The notes: a model not told the origin generated them from the letters alone. 64,000 nt of DNA from an uncultured Bacillota bacterium (GCA_949282275.1 CASDOO010000033.1:15592-79591), one strand, 5' to 3'. Numbered from the stretch's first letter, positions 45,001-53,077 are shown. Translations and numbers: made by a program.

Positions 45001-47149
45001 CAGTCCGCTTCCGGATTCCCAGGAGGCCGAAATCGGCGCCAGGCGCAATCGGAACTTCAGCGAGCTCTTCTCTGCCCTCATCGAATCCCAGGATCTGTTT
45101 GGCCAGCTCGGTATCGGAAGCTACAATTACGGTTCTCTCTTCGTCGACAGCTGGTCCAAGGCGCAAGAGGAAATTGCCCTTGAAGGCGATACAAGCGGAA
45201 GGGACTATCACGTCACGACGAGCGGCGACATTGCCGGACTTTGCGATTTCTTCTCTTCCGTCCAGGAGGTCGGAATCGACAATCTGAGCGGCGGAAAGCT
45301 TCCCGATTCCTTCCTGACCGAGATGGTCTCATCCGAATCCAAGAAATCCAGGGTCGTCATGAGCCTGCTTTCCACCGTTCTTTCCAACACGATTTCCGAG
45401 CTTCAGATCGACGAAAGCTACAAATCGGCAATGGCTTCCATCGATTTCTATCAGCTTGTCGCCATGTCGGAGGCGGAAATCGATTCCGAATTCGCGTTCA
45501 TCGAAACCATCTATGAGCTTTCCCAGCCCATGGAAGGAGGCGGACAATCCAGGCTTGAAGCGATGTTCTCCGATATCTTCAACATGGATCAGGCAGACCA
45601 GGCAGACTTCACCAACCTGATGACCCTCATGGGAGATTCCAAGCTGATGACCACGATTCGCGAGGGTAAGACGAGAGCGCCTATCGGCGAGCTTCTCTAC
45701 AATATCTTCGAATCGACGGAAGGCTCTTCCGGAACATCCTTCCTTTCCCAGATTACCCTTGCCGAGGCTTCCAAAGACTATGCGCCCTATTTCGATGGTC
45801 TTCTCTCCCAGGTAACGGACTGGAAGGAGGAGCTCCTGAGATTGGATTCCTTCGTCAAGTCCTTCTCGACCCTCGGCATCAGCGATCCGGATGCCTTTGA
45901 CGCACTCTTCACGAATCCGGAAAATGCCGACCATGTCCAGGAAATGCTGAAGACGATGAATGCCTCTGCCCTGTTCCATCGCGTCCCGATTTCCGTTTTC
46001 CGCGACAACGTCGAAAACACGGATGGGACGGGAATGGCCTCCCTCTTCCGGAATCCCGCAACAGGAGAAGACCGCTCCATCGATTTCCTTGTCCATCTTA
46101 CCAATTCCGAGGAAGACGTCCTCTTCTGGGACAACGAGATCGAACATGCCGTCAACCTTCTCTTCAGCGTCTCCGATTATTTGGAGAGTGGCTTCGAAGG
46201 GGTCGGAATCGGTGCACAAGGCATCTCCCTCGACCTGCTTTACGAAATCGGGTCGATGGAACTCTTCCGCCCGGTTCGCGCCAACATGGTCTACAACCTT
46301 GTGGTGAATACGGCTGTCGGTGCCGATACGTCGTCTCTTGTCGCCGAAGTCTTCAAGGACGTCTTCGTCTATGATGAGGACGAGAACGCCTACCGCATCG
46401 AAAAAATCTTCTTCGACAATCCAGAGCTCCTCGATGCAAACGGCAAAATGGACGAGGCAAGGACGAAGGCCGATATCGATGCCTTGGAGAAGGTCCTGAA
46501 CACGGTCCTCGAGAACCTGGATACGATTACCAATGGCAATGCGGAATCCCTCTTTGCCGAGAATGGACTCATCGTCAGCTTCCAGGAACTGACCTCTTCC
46601 GCCTTCTATCCTTATGACGGAGAGACGCATAGAAGCCTCCTTGCCTCCGAGCTTGTCGCCGGCTTGATGAAGCAGATTCTCAGAAACGAAAACATCATCG
46701 CCATGGTCAAGGCCGTTGATGCTGACTTTATCGGTTTCGGTTTCACGGAAGAAGATTTCTACGGAACGAGAGACGACTATCCCATGGTCAATCCCATCGA
46801 GGGAAGGGCAATCGACGCCTTCCTTAACGCCCTCCATTCCCTCATGCCGACACAGGAACAGACTGGCCTCTTCCTCACGCTAGAGGATGTCAAGGCGCTT
46901 CTTTCCGACCTTGCCGTTCCCCAGCAGGTGACAGGAGACGATGTCCTTGACGCCTTTGCGGATAGCTATCGCCAGGGAGGTCTTGTCAACGCCCGCTTCG
47001 CGACCAACGAAACCGTCTATTCCATCATTCGCATCCTTCCTGTCTTCGACGGCCAAGGCTTTGCTACTATCGGTCAGTTCCTCGGAGACAGCTTTGATCC
47101 CGTTAACGATTCGTTCCAGGACGTTGCCGATTCCATCGTTCTTTCTTGA
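42059..47149 (+). CDS. Giant (1696 aa) membrane-anchored protein of unknown function
   Basis: A single uninterrupted ORF with host-like codon usage, GGAGAG 8 nt upstream and TATAAT further upstream. It has three N-terminal TM helices, an acidic loop flanked by basic residues (KQRRERKEMPKEMR) and a fourth TM. These are followed by about 1400 aa that are D/E/L/F/S-rich, with no internal repeats or known motifs that I can see. Confidence 0.8.
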   Translation: MPEIVSIVLLIVFILLFFLALLAAIAGFIKGLYKTMVKTILVACLLGVFIVLTPSITQAIGNIDLSSFGLSFQFNEQTILVTSIQETLANVITATGLISPMNGISIYQTAIALANSLLSYVIFFVLVLLTQLLIWLLTAIVYNGIFRWFLPVETAKQRRERKEMPKEMRYLTDGIYYEEEAEGKAEDGTPEVVDPYLQEEILRGQEPGEEYAEPFSDSEEEQDDDSIFENDGDFQGEDTRRRLPLLRFPGALIGACCEFVLAMVLVSPFTALARTALDHRETVNTILGGIDMGADISSEDIAASMDNVEESLVYKLLGFANFDTTIMNSVSRVEIGGKEVSFNSLVSSVLDIASPLIDDGAITFENGVTNITINFSILLNQTTVTTLTNLIIANPVVMALIPPAIDIGINTLSSSQSLPLGQLDFSNIDWGNQLQALSTIYSEIYGTGVIDSLFSSDGKKLTLDNFLIETSKDSISDADFAANLGKYTSALTSLGNLDVMKKNLPQIFASVGTYLNSTGIDILPTDSEAYAKIDWGKDLSLIGSSALRLCRLLDLDIAKDVDFRSALANISQDSFANTQEAKAFVAELEDILCGHAEADGTNVPGLLDCGIIDVIDIGDVMESVMALIPALSAYVDGVDFSVLNGIENIKDEFRALFDIVEMILDPEFPIDIKDGFSGVDFSSQEVANALANVLAIAQDSELFTEMYPSIIQGFLTNEELQISDYLFGLTPYDFNFEASESFTKDFERLVRLMPRVYDLYKIMDEEGSTEEKFRRLDADAIGELLGLVAQSDFFNPDLKTGVSDKETGRNFNVYVLLSNLFDQPMFQDIGLVAPSLETIGKVEWTTSEGTGEIDRIVSLLKDAQKNASFLLNGVQGPIEDPAALSSMMENGLESEILQPSILAIINDSMNSFLSEMGINKTINQMRTELWKEDIDDLVDILTLAGELDFSDPDFFDNIDVKRLNALLTTLYNTNFIANCFGSPLPDSQEAEIGARRNRNFSELFSALIESQDLFGQLGIGSYNYGSLFVDSWSKAQEEIALEGDTSGRDYHVTTSGDIAGLCDFFSSVQEVGIDNLSGGKLPDSFLTEMVSSESKKSRVVMSLLSTVLSNTISELQIDESYKSAMASIDFYQLVAMSEAEIDSEFAFIETIYELSQPMEGGGQSRLEAMFSDIFNMDQADQADFTNLMTLMGDSKLMTTIREGKTRAPIGELLYNIFESTEGSSGTSFLSQITLAEASKDYAPYFDGLLSQVTDWKEELLRLDSFVKSFSTLGISDPDAFDALFTNPENADHVQEMLKTMNASALFHRVPISVFRDNVENTDGTGMASLFRNPATGEDRSIDFLVHLTNSEEDVLFWDNEIEHAVNLLFSVSDYLESGFEGVGIGAQGISLDLLYEIGSMELFRPVRANMVYNLVVNTAVGADTSSLVAEVFKDVFVYDEDENAYRIEKIFFDNPELLDANGKMDEARTKADIDALEKVLNTVLENLDTITNGNAESLFAENGLIVSFQELTSSAFYPYDGETHRSLLASELVAGLMKQILRNENIIAMVKAVDADFIGFGFTEEDFYGTRDDYPMVNPIEGRAIDAFLNALHSLMPTQEQTGLFLTLEDVKALLSDLAVPQQVTGDDVLDAFADSYRQGGLVNARFATNETVYSIIRILPVFDGQGFATIGQFLGDSFDPVNDSFQDVADSIVLS

Positions 47150-47823
47150 TGAAGAAAAGGAAATACTTCGAGATAATCCATGAGGACAAGGATATCCTTG
47201 TCGTCTACAAGGAAAGGAACCTTTTGACGATACGTTCGGAAGATCCCAAGACCTTCTCAAGGAATCTCTATCATTACGTCCACGACTATCTTGTTTCGCG
47301 TCACGAGCGTCCTTTCATCGTCCATCGCCTGGATTTCGAGACAAGCGGAATCCTTGTTTTTGCCAAAAGTTTCGAAGTCAAGGAAAGGCTTCAGAAATGC
47401 TTCGAGGAAAGAAGCGTCGTCCGACTTTACGAAGCCGTCGTCCGGGAAGATGTGCCTATTGGGAAGACGATTACGGTACAGATGAACGTTCAACAGAACA
47501 AGAACACTTTCCGCGTCTACAAGAAGAAGGACGGGAAAGAGGCCATAACCCTCTTTCGGGCCGAAAACCGAATTCAGATCGGAACGGCATTGAAAGTCGA
47601 GATCCTGACGGGGCGAAAGAACCAAATCCGTCTCGCCCTCCACGAAAAAGGACTGACCCTCGTCGGCGATACGCGCTACGCCTTCGACAAGGACAAAAGG
47701 ATGTATCTCAACGCCTACTATCTTCGCTTTCCGGAGGAATCCGGATTGCGAAAAAGGGAGTTCCTTGCGAAACCCTTGTGGATTGCAGAGGAACTCCCGA
47801 TCGAAAGGCTATTGGAAAAGTAG
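47149..47823 (+). CDS. RluA-family pseudouridine synthase
   Basis: HRLDFETSGILVFAK catalytic motif. ATG 47149 shares one base with the stop of the giant gene (TGATG). The track start at 47146 is a TTG. Confidence 0.88.
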   Translation: MKKRKYFEIIHEDKDILVVYKERNLLTIRSEDPKTFSRNLYHYVHDYLVSRHERPFIVHRLDFETSGILVFAKSFEVKERLQKCFEERSVVRLYEAVVREDVPIGKTITVQMNVQQNKNTFRVYKKKDGKEAITLFRAENRIQIGTALKVEILTGRKNQIRLALHEKGLTLVGDTRYAFDKDKRMYLNAYYLRFPEESGLRKREFLAKPLWIAEELPIERLLEK

Positions 47824-47830
47824 TGCTTTT

Positions 47831-48706
47831 CTATTCCGCTTTCTGGCGAAGCATATAGGAAAGGCCGATCGCATTTGGACCGCAGTGGGCGGAAACGACG
47901 GCGCTTGTCTCCACCGGGAAAAGGATCTTTTCACCGACGAGTTCCGTCATGCGATGGAGCATTTTCTTCAATCCGGCAGGACAATTGGAAACCGGGATAA
48001 GGATGGGGTAAGCAAGGTCGATATTGCCATTGTCGAGATGATATTTGAAGTTGTCTACCATGACATCGATTGCCTTGTCGATGTTCTTCTTCGTAATGAG
48101 CTTTCGCACGGCCATGTGTCCTTCATCGACCTGGACAATGGGGTGAAGCCGGAGCTTGCTGCCGATGAAGAAGGTAAGGCCCGAGCAACGGCCACCGTTG
48201 TTGAGATAGTCAAGCGTATCGATGACGAAGGACATGTGCACCCTTTCGACGTGCTTTTGGAAGTTCGAAAGGATTTCCTCTTCGGACAGCCTTTTTTCGA
48301 GATCGACCTTTAGGCCGAGGACGAGGAGGGCGATGCCGGAGGAAATTTGGCCACTGTCCAGGATGATGATGCGATCCTTCTGCGGAATCTGTTCCCTGGC
48401 GAAGAGCGCTTTTTCGTACAGGGGAGAAAGTTCCTTCGAGAGGGTGACGAAATAGACCTTCGCGTTGTTTTCCAGGAGGCCGAGGAAAAGCTCCTTGAGA
48501 TCGATGACATTGAGCGGGCTTGTCAGCGGAAGGATTCCGTTTTTCCGGACGTTGTCGAAGAGCTCGGCGGAAGTCAAGTCCTTCCTGTCGCGATAGACCC
48601 TTTCGCCGATGTTGATGACAAGGTCGGCTACTTCGGCATCCACCTTTTGTGCCAGGGTTTTCGGAATATCGCTGCTTGAATCGACGATGATCTTGTAATC
48701 CGCCAT
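47831..48706 (-). CDS. DegV family fatty-acid-binding protein
   Basis: MADYKIIVDSSSDIP... is a DegV N-terminal motif. TAGGAGG lies 6 nt upstream of ATG 48706. The track extension to 49078 is rejected. Confidence 0.88.
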   Translation of the reverse strand: MADYKIIVDSSSDIPKTLAQKVDAEVADLVINIGERVYRDRKDLTSAELFDNVRKNGILPLTSPLNVIDLKELFLGLLENNAKVYFVTLSKELSPLYEKALFAREQIPQKDRIIILDSGQISSGIALLVLGLKVDLEKRLSEEEILSNFQKHVERVHMSFVIDTLDYLNNGGRCSGLTFFIGSKLRLHPIVQVDEGHMAVRKLITKKNIDKAIDVMVDNFKYHLDNGNIDLAYPILIPVSNCPAGLKKMLHRMTELVGEKILFPVETSAVVSAHCGPNAIGLSYMLRQKAE

Positions 48707-48763
48707 GTTTTGCCTCCTAAGAGTTGATTCTATTCTAGGTAAAACCCTAAAATATGTCAAAAA

Positions 48764-49132
48764 ATGAATTGCCTTCACACGGAAGAGTATACCGAGAAAA
48801 GATCTCGCTTCATCGCCCTTCTCTATGAGGTCGAAAACGAAAAGGCCTTCAAGGAGGTTTTCCAGAAACTTCTTGAGGAGCATGCCAAGGCAAGACATGT
48901 TCTGCGTTGCGGGTATTTTCTCAATTCCTTTGGCGTTCCGACCCTGACCTCTTCCGAGGACAAGGAACCGGTCTCTTCCATGAAAAGGCTCTCCGCCTTG
49001 ATGGAAAGGAAGAAGACGGTCGGCTATGCGGTGTTCATCGTCCGTTACTTTGGGGGAACGAAGCTTGGGGCAAGCCATCTCGACCGGATTTACTTTGCCT
49101 TGGGGACGGAGCTTCTAAAACGGGTTTCCTAG
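48764..49132 (+). CDS. IMPACT/YigZ (UPF0029) N-terminal-domain protein, short form
   Basis: KRSRFIALLYEV..., HVLRCGY and VFIVRYFGGTKLG match the UPF0029 pattern. At 122 aa it lacks the C-terminal DUF1949-type domain found in full-length YigZ. Confidence 0.7.
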   Translation: MNCLHTEEYTEKRSRFIALLYEVENEKAFKEVFQKLLEEHAKARHVLRCGYFLNSFGVPTLTSSEDKEPVSSMKRLSALMERKKTVGYAVFIVRYFGGTKLGASHLDRIYFALGTELLKRVS

Positions 49133-49135
49133 CGT

Positions 49136-49164
49136 TTGTCAAAGCGGGCTTTACTGCTTATAAT
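49136..49164 (+). promoter_or_regulatory. Near-consensus promoter of the hydrogenase-like operon
   Basis: TTGTCA (49136-49141), a 17-nt spacer, then TATAAT (49159-49164), 30 nt upstream of the ATG. Confidence 0.55.
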
Positions 49165-49194
49165 GAAATATGAAAAAACAAGCGAGATTTAACG

Positions 49195-50343
49195 ATGGAA
49201 AACACACAAGCGAAATTGCCGAAAAAGCCGGAAATTGCCGAAGTCGAAGCCCTTCTTGAGAATCCCGAAAAAGTCGTCGTGGTTCAGACGGCTCCCTCCG
49301 TCCGCGTTGCCTTGGGCGAGATGTTCGGAGGAAAGGTCGGAGGGAAGGTCACCGGAAAGATGGTTTCCGTCCTTCGAAAAATCGGTTTCCGTTATGTCTT
49401 CGACACCGATCTTGGTGCCGATATCACCATTTGGGAGGAAGCCCAGGAATTCCTTGAGAGGGTCAAGAAGGATGGCCCTTATCCGCAATTCAATTCCTGT
49501 TGCATCGGCTGGCTTGCCACGGCGCAGAGAATGTTCCCGGACTATTTCGGACAGGGGCTCATTTCCACGGTGAAGTCCCCGATCGGTTGTTTGGGTTCGG
49601 TCGTCAAGACCTTTTTTGCCGATTCCATTCATGTCTCACCGGAGAATATTGTCGTCGTTGCCGTCGTCCCCTGCGTCCTCAAGAAGAATGAGAATGCCCT
49701 CCCCTACAACAAGACCAACGGCATTCCGGATGTCGATTATTGCTGGACGACCAAGGACCTTGGTGCCCTCATTGCCGAAAGGGGCATCGACTTCAATGCC
49801 CTTGTGGATGGCGAATTCGACAATCCCCTTGGAGAATCCACCGGCAGTGGAACGATCTTCGGGCGCTCCGGAGGCGTTCTTGAGGCCATCATCCGAACGG
49901 CCATCTATTACGATCGCAAGTCTGTCGACGTCGAAGATGTCGTCTTCACGCCCAGCCCCCTCTCTCCGGACATCATGGATTGCCATTTCCAAATTGCAGG
50001 GAAGGAGCTCCTTGCCTGCCATTGCGGAAACATTGGCGCGAGACTGATCAATAACCTTATCAAGGAAGGAAAGAATCCCTATCATTTCGTCGAGGTAATG
50101 GCATGCCCGGGAGGTTGCATCATGGGCGCCGGCCAGCCGCTTCATCTTCCTGCCGAAGGCTACACGCCGCTCCAGGTCCGTCAGCTTCGAAGCCAAGGCC
50201 TGAACGCCATCGATCATTCCCAGGAAATCCGCATCTCCGCCTTGAACCCCTCCGTCCAGGCTGTCTACGATGCCATTTACGATGGCAAGCCGGGAAGCGA
50301 GAAGGCACACCATGCCCTTCACAGGAGGTATGCCAATGACTGA
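49195..50343 (+). CDS. [FeFe]-hydrogenase homologue consisting of the H-cluster domain only
   Basis: 382 aa. H-domain motifs are present: FNSCCIGW (L1, TSCCPxW-like), VPCVLKKNE (L2, MPCxxKxxE) and EVMACPGGCIMGAGQP (L3, ExMACxxGCxxGGGQP-like). Only about 27 residues precede VVVQTAPSVRVALGEMFG, so there is no ferredoxin-like F-cluster domain. Confidence 0.85.
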   Translation: MENTQAKLPKKPEIAEVEALLENPEKVVVVQTAPSVRVALGEMFGGKVGGKVTGKMVSVLRKIGFRYVFDTDLGADITIWEEAQEFLERVKKDGPYPQFNSCCIGWLATAQRMFPDYFGQGLISTVKSPIGCLGSVVKTFFADSIHVSPENIVVVAVVPCVLKKNENALPYNKTNGIPDVDYCWTTKDLGALIAERGIDFNALVDGEFDNPLGESTGSGTIFGRSGGVLEAIIRTAIYYDRKSVDVEDVVFTPSPLSPDIMDCHFQIAGKELLACHCGNIGARLINNLIKEGKNPYHFVEVMACPGGCIMGAGQPLHLPAEGYTPLQVRQLRSQGLNAIDHSQEIRISALNPSVQAVYDAIYDGKPGSEKAHHALHRRYAND

Positions 50344-51151
50344 CGGCAAGACCGATTCCACTAAGGCTCCTTTTCTTCCCAAGACCGAACCGAACGAGAA
50401 ATCCCACGTCGGCCATGTCGTTGCCGTCCTTTCGGGAAAGGGGGGCGTGGGCAAATCCTTTACGTCCTGCTATCTTGCCGTCAAGCTGAGGCGGATGGGA
50501 TACAAGGTCGGCATTCTCGATGCCGACATCACGGGCCCTTCCGTTCCTTTCGCCTTTGGCGCCAAGGGTCCTGTCGTTGGCGTGGAAAGCTATTTCTATC
50601 CGATCAAGTCCTCCACCGGAATCGAGATCATGTCCTCCAACCTTCTTCTTCCGCATGATGATGATCCTATCGTATGGCGTGGGCCGATGCTCTCCACGCT
50701 TATCGAGCAGTTCTATACCGAAGTCGTTTGGGACGTCGACTTCCTTCTTGTCGACATGCCTCCGGGAACCGGGGATGTTTCCCTGACCGTCTTCCAGAAG
50801 ATGAAGCTATCCAGCGCGATTCTTGTTGCCAGTCCGCAAGGACTTGTCGACCTCATCGTCGAAAAATCGGCGAAAATGGCCGAAATGCTCTCCGTTCCGC
50901 TTCTTTCCCTCGTCGAGAACATGGCCTATGTGCGTTGCCCGGATTGCGGAAGACGGATCGATATCTACGGAAAGACCGATCGGGACATTGCCAAGAAGCA
51001 CGGCATCCCCAATTTCGAGGAAATTCCCTTCGACGAAAGGATCAGTGCCTATGTCGACAAGGGCCAGATCGAGGATCTCGAGGTCGACTATCTCGACAAT
51101 ACCGCCAAGGCAATCGTCGATGCCGCCAAGGACGAAGAAGTCCTGAAATGA
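50336..51151 (+). CDS. mrp: Mrp/NBP35/ApbC-family P-loop ATPase (Fe-S cluster carrier type)
   Basis: VAVLSGKGGVGKSF deviant Walker A, DMPPGTGD and the CPDCGRRIDIYG CxxC motif. AGGAGG lies 7 nt before ATG 50336. It overlaps the hydrogenase-like gene by 8 nt. Confidence 0.9.
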   Translation: MTDGKTDSTKAPFLPKTEPNEKSHVGHVVAVLSGKGGVGKSFTSCYLAVKLRRMGYKVGILDADITGPSVPFAFGAKGPVVGVESYFYPIKSSTGIEIMSSNLLLPHDDDPIVWRGPMLSTLIEQFYTEVVWDVDFLLVDMPPGTGDVSLTVFQKMKLSSAILVASPQGLVDLIVEKSAKMAEMLSVPLLSLVENMAYVRCPDCGRRIDIYGKTDRDIAKKHGIPNFEEIPFDERISAYVDKGQIEDLEVDYLDNTAKAIVDAAKDEEVLK

Positions 51152-51873
51152 CGGAAGAGGAAAGAATTGACGCCTTCCTTTCCGCCTTCAAGGAACTGGA
51201 AAAGGAGCTTGTCTTCATTAGTCGCATCAAGGACGACTATGTTTCTTTTTCCCGTGCCCTGAACCAGATTTACTACAATCGGATGAATCCGGTCATCGCC
51301 CAAAGGGACAACTACGATTTTCTGAAGACGGCTTCTGATCTTCGAAATATCCTCAGCCACGAAAATGGTGTCTGTGCCCCGTCCGCCCAATTTCTTGAAC
51401 GCTTCCTGAGAATCAGTCGTTCCATCCTTTCGCCCTACAATTGCTATGATGTCTGCACCAAGGAAGTGAGTTCCTGTGTCCTGTCGACCCCGCTTTTGGA
51501 GGCGATGGACCGGATGGTCAAAGACGGTCTGACGCACCTTCCTGTTCTCGATTCGAAGAAACGGGTCATTGGCGTCTTCTCACGCTCGACCCTGTTCGAT
51601 TTCGTCCATGGCCGGACGGAAACGCATCTTGACGAAAGCTATACCATCCAGGACCTTCGCAAAGCCATTTCCATCGAGAGCCACCTCAACGAGGACTTTT
51701 TCTTCGTTCCGAGGAACATGAGTGTCCTCTCCGCCTTTGAGAAGATCCTCAAGAAGAAAGCCCATGACAAGCAGGTCGGCCTTCTTCTCGTCACGGAGAA
51801 CGGAAAGAAATCGGAAAGGCTACTGGGGGTCATCACGACCGTCGACCTTGCTAAGCTGAAGATAGCGGAATAA
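51148..51873 (+). CDS. CBS-pair protein with a helical N-terminal domain carrying an RNxxxH (HEPN-like) motif
   Basis: It has an ATGA overlap with mrp. The C-terminal half shows two CBS-like repeats (THLPVLDSKKRVIGVFS and LLLVTENGKKSERLLGVITTVDL). The N-terminal ~110 aa contain TASDLRNILSHENG. Confidence 0.75.
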   Translation: MTEEERIDAFLSAFKELEKELVFISRIKDDYVSFSRALNQIYYNRMNPVIAQRDNYDFLKTASDLRNILSHENGVCAPSAQFLERFLRISRSILSPYNCYDVCTKEVSSCVLSTPLLEAMDRMVKDGLTHLPVLDSKKRVIGVFSRSTLFDFVHGRTETHLDESYTIQDLRKAISIESHLNEDFFFVPRNMSVLSAFEKILKKKAHDKQVGLLLVTENGKKSERLLGVITTVDLAKLKIAE

Positions 51874-51916
51874 TAATTTAGTTGCCTTAGGTTAACAATA
51901 TCGGTAGAATAAGGCC

Positions 51917-52714
51917 ATGTCACCACAACTCATGGCCTTTTTTGGTTTCCTGACGATATTCCTTTCCACGGTGGTTGGGTCGGCTGCGGTCTTTTTCTTC
52001 CGTGGAAAGACGATCTCACAAAGGACAAACCAGATATGCGTTGGATTTGCCGCCGGCATCATGCTTTCGGCGAGCGTTTTCTCGCTTCTCCTTCCGGCAA
52101 TCGAGTCGGATGTGGAATACATGCCTTCTATTGCCGTCGGTGCAATCGGTCTTCTGTTGGGCGCCTTGTTTCTTTATGCCTTGGATCATGTCGTCCCGCA
52201 CCTTCACGTTCGCGAAGAGAAGGAGGAAGGCATTCCGACGAAAAAGATGAAGAAGACTTCCAAGATGTTTTTGGCGGTCATGCTCCACAACATACCGGAG
52301 GGGCTAAGCGTCGGAATATCCTTTGGCGTCAGCGTGCTCCAGGAGTCTTCCGTCATTCCAGGCGCCCTGCTATCTTCCTTGATGCTGGCCGTAGGAATCG
52401 GAATCCAAAACCTGCCGGAAGGGGCGGTCGTTTCCCTTGCCATGCGACAGGAGACTGGAAATGCCAAGGCTTTTCTTTTTGGTGCTCTTTCCGGAGTGGT
52501 CGAACCCATTGCGGCTGTCGTGGGTTTCTTTCTTGCCATGGCGATGGCGCCGATACTTCCGTGGGCACTGTCATTTGCGGCAGGAGCGATGATTTTTGTG
52601 GTCATCGAAGAGATGGTGCCGGATGCCAGGGCCGATCCAGACAGTCATTTTGGACTTTTCGCATTCCTTTTCGGTTTTATCCTCATGATGATCCTGGACG
52701 TGGCATTGGGATAG
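51917..52714 (+). CDS. zupT: ZIP family metal (zinc) transporter
   Basis: 265 aa, polytopic, with HNIPEGLSVG and QNLPEGAVV motifs typical of ZupT/ZIP. Confidence 0.85.
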   Translation: MSPQLMAFFGFLTIFLSTVVGSAAVFFFRGKTISQRTNQICVGFAAGIMLSASVFSLLLPAIESDVEYMPSIAVGAIGLLLGALFLYALDHVVPHLHVREEKEEGIPTKKMKKTSKMFLAVMLHNIPEGLSVGISFGVSVLQESSVIPGALLSSLMLAVGIGIQNLPEGAVVSLAMRQETGNAKAFLFGALSGVVEPIAAVVGFFLAMAMAPILPWALSFAAGAMIFVVIEEMVPDARADPDSHFGLFAFLFGFILMMILDVALG

Positions 52715-52857
52715 CATTGGATTCAGGAGGAAAGGGCCTTTCAGGAAGAAAGACTATAATATTTCGCAAAAGAGGAGTGAAGAAATATATTGAAGGCGAC
52801 AGGCTTCAGTCTGTTGCTTCGAGCCAAAAACAAAGAAAACGATGTGTCGTTAGCATG

Positions 52858-52879
52858 AAAAAAGCCCGATTGCTCGGGC
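52858..52879 (-). terminator. Terminator of tRNA-Arg
   Basis: On the minus strand, gcccga-gcaa-tcgggc is followed by tttttt, 13 nt after the tRNA 3' end. Confidence 0.75.
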
Positions 52880-52892
52880 GTGTCTATCTAGC

Positions 52893-52969
52893 TGGTGACC
52901 CATGGAGGACTCGAACCTCCGGCCCTCTGCTTAGAAGGCAGATGCTCTATCCAACTGAGCTAATGGGCC
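52893..52969 (-). tRNA. tRNA-Arg (anticodon UCU), CCA encoded
   Basis: The hand-folded cloverleaf is: acceptor GGCCCAT/ATGGGTC (one G-U), D arm GCTC-AGTTGGATA-GAGC, anticodon arm TCTGC-CTTCTAA-GCAGA, variable GGGCC, T arm GGAGG-TTCGAGT-CCTCC, discriminator A and CCA. Total 77 nt. Confidence 0.93.
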
Positions 52970-52983
52970 AAAAAAGCTAAATA

Positions 52984-53012
52984 ATCATAGCTCAATATAA
53001 AGAATAATTCAA
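52984..53012 (-). promoter_or_regulatory. Candidate promoter of tRNA-Arg
   Basis: On the minus strand: TTGAAT (53012-53007), a 17-nt spacer, then TATGAT (52989-52984), 14 nt upstream of the mature tRNA 5' end. Confidence 0.5.
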
Positions 53013-53077
53013 GCTTTTTGTTTCGCAAAGACAAATGCGATGATAGAATAATTAGGATTTTCACGGAGGATAGGAAA

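Noticed and set aside
42395-46837. 938- and 502-codon minus-strand ORFs inside the giant gene
   Set aside because: Both are antisense shadows. The plus-strand ORF is uninterrupted for 1696 codons and has an SD, a promoter-like box and N-terminal TM helices, whereas the antisense translations are repetitive G/D/E/L/I-rich.
50674-51147. N-terminal 158 codons of the 399-aa track ORF 50674-51873
   Set aside because: This part overlaps the mrp gene in another frame and is Arg-rich nonsense. The real CBS-protein start is ATG 51148, in an ATGA overlap with the mrp stop.
52715-52892. Integration scar next to tRNA-Arg(UCU)
   Set aside because: There is no duplicated tRNA 3' segment, no integrase and no compositional break that I could see. 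The only candidate ORF is a 22-codon TTG-initiated peptide with weak support.
52036-52980. 314-codon plus-strand ORF running through zupT, the intergenic region and the tRNA
   Set aside because: It is out of frame with the convincing ZIP transporter, it reads through a tRNA gene and its terminator, and its composition is Arg/Gly-rich.
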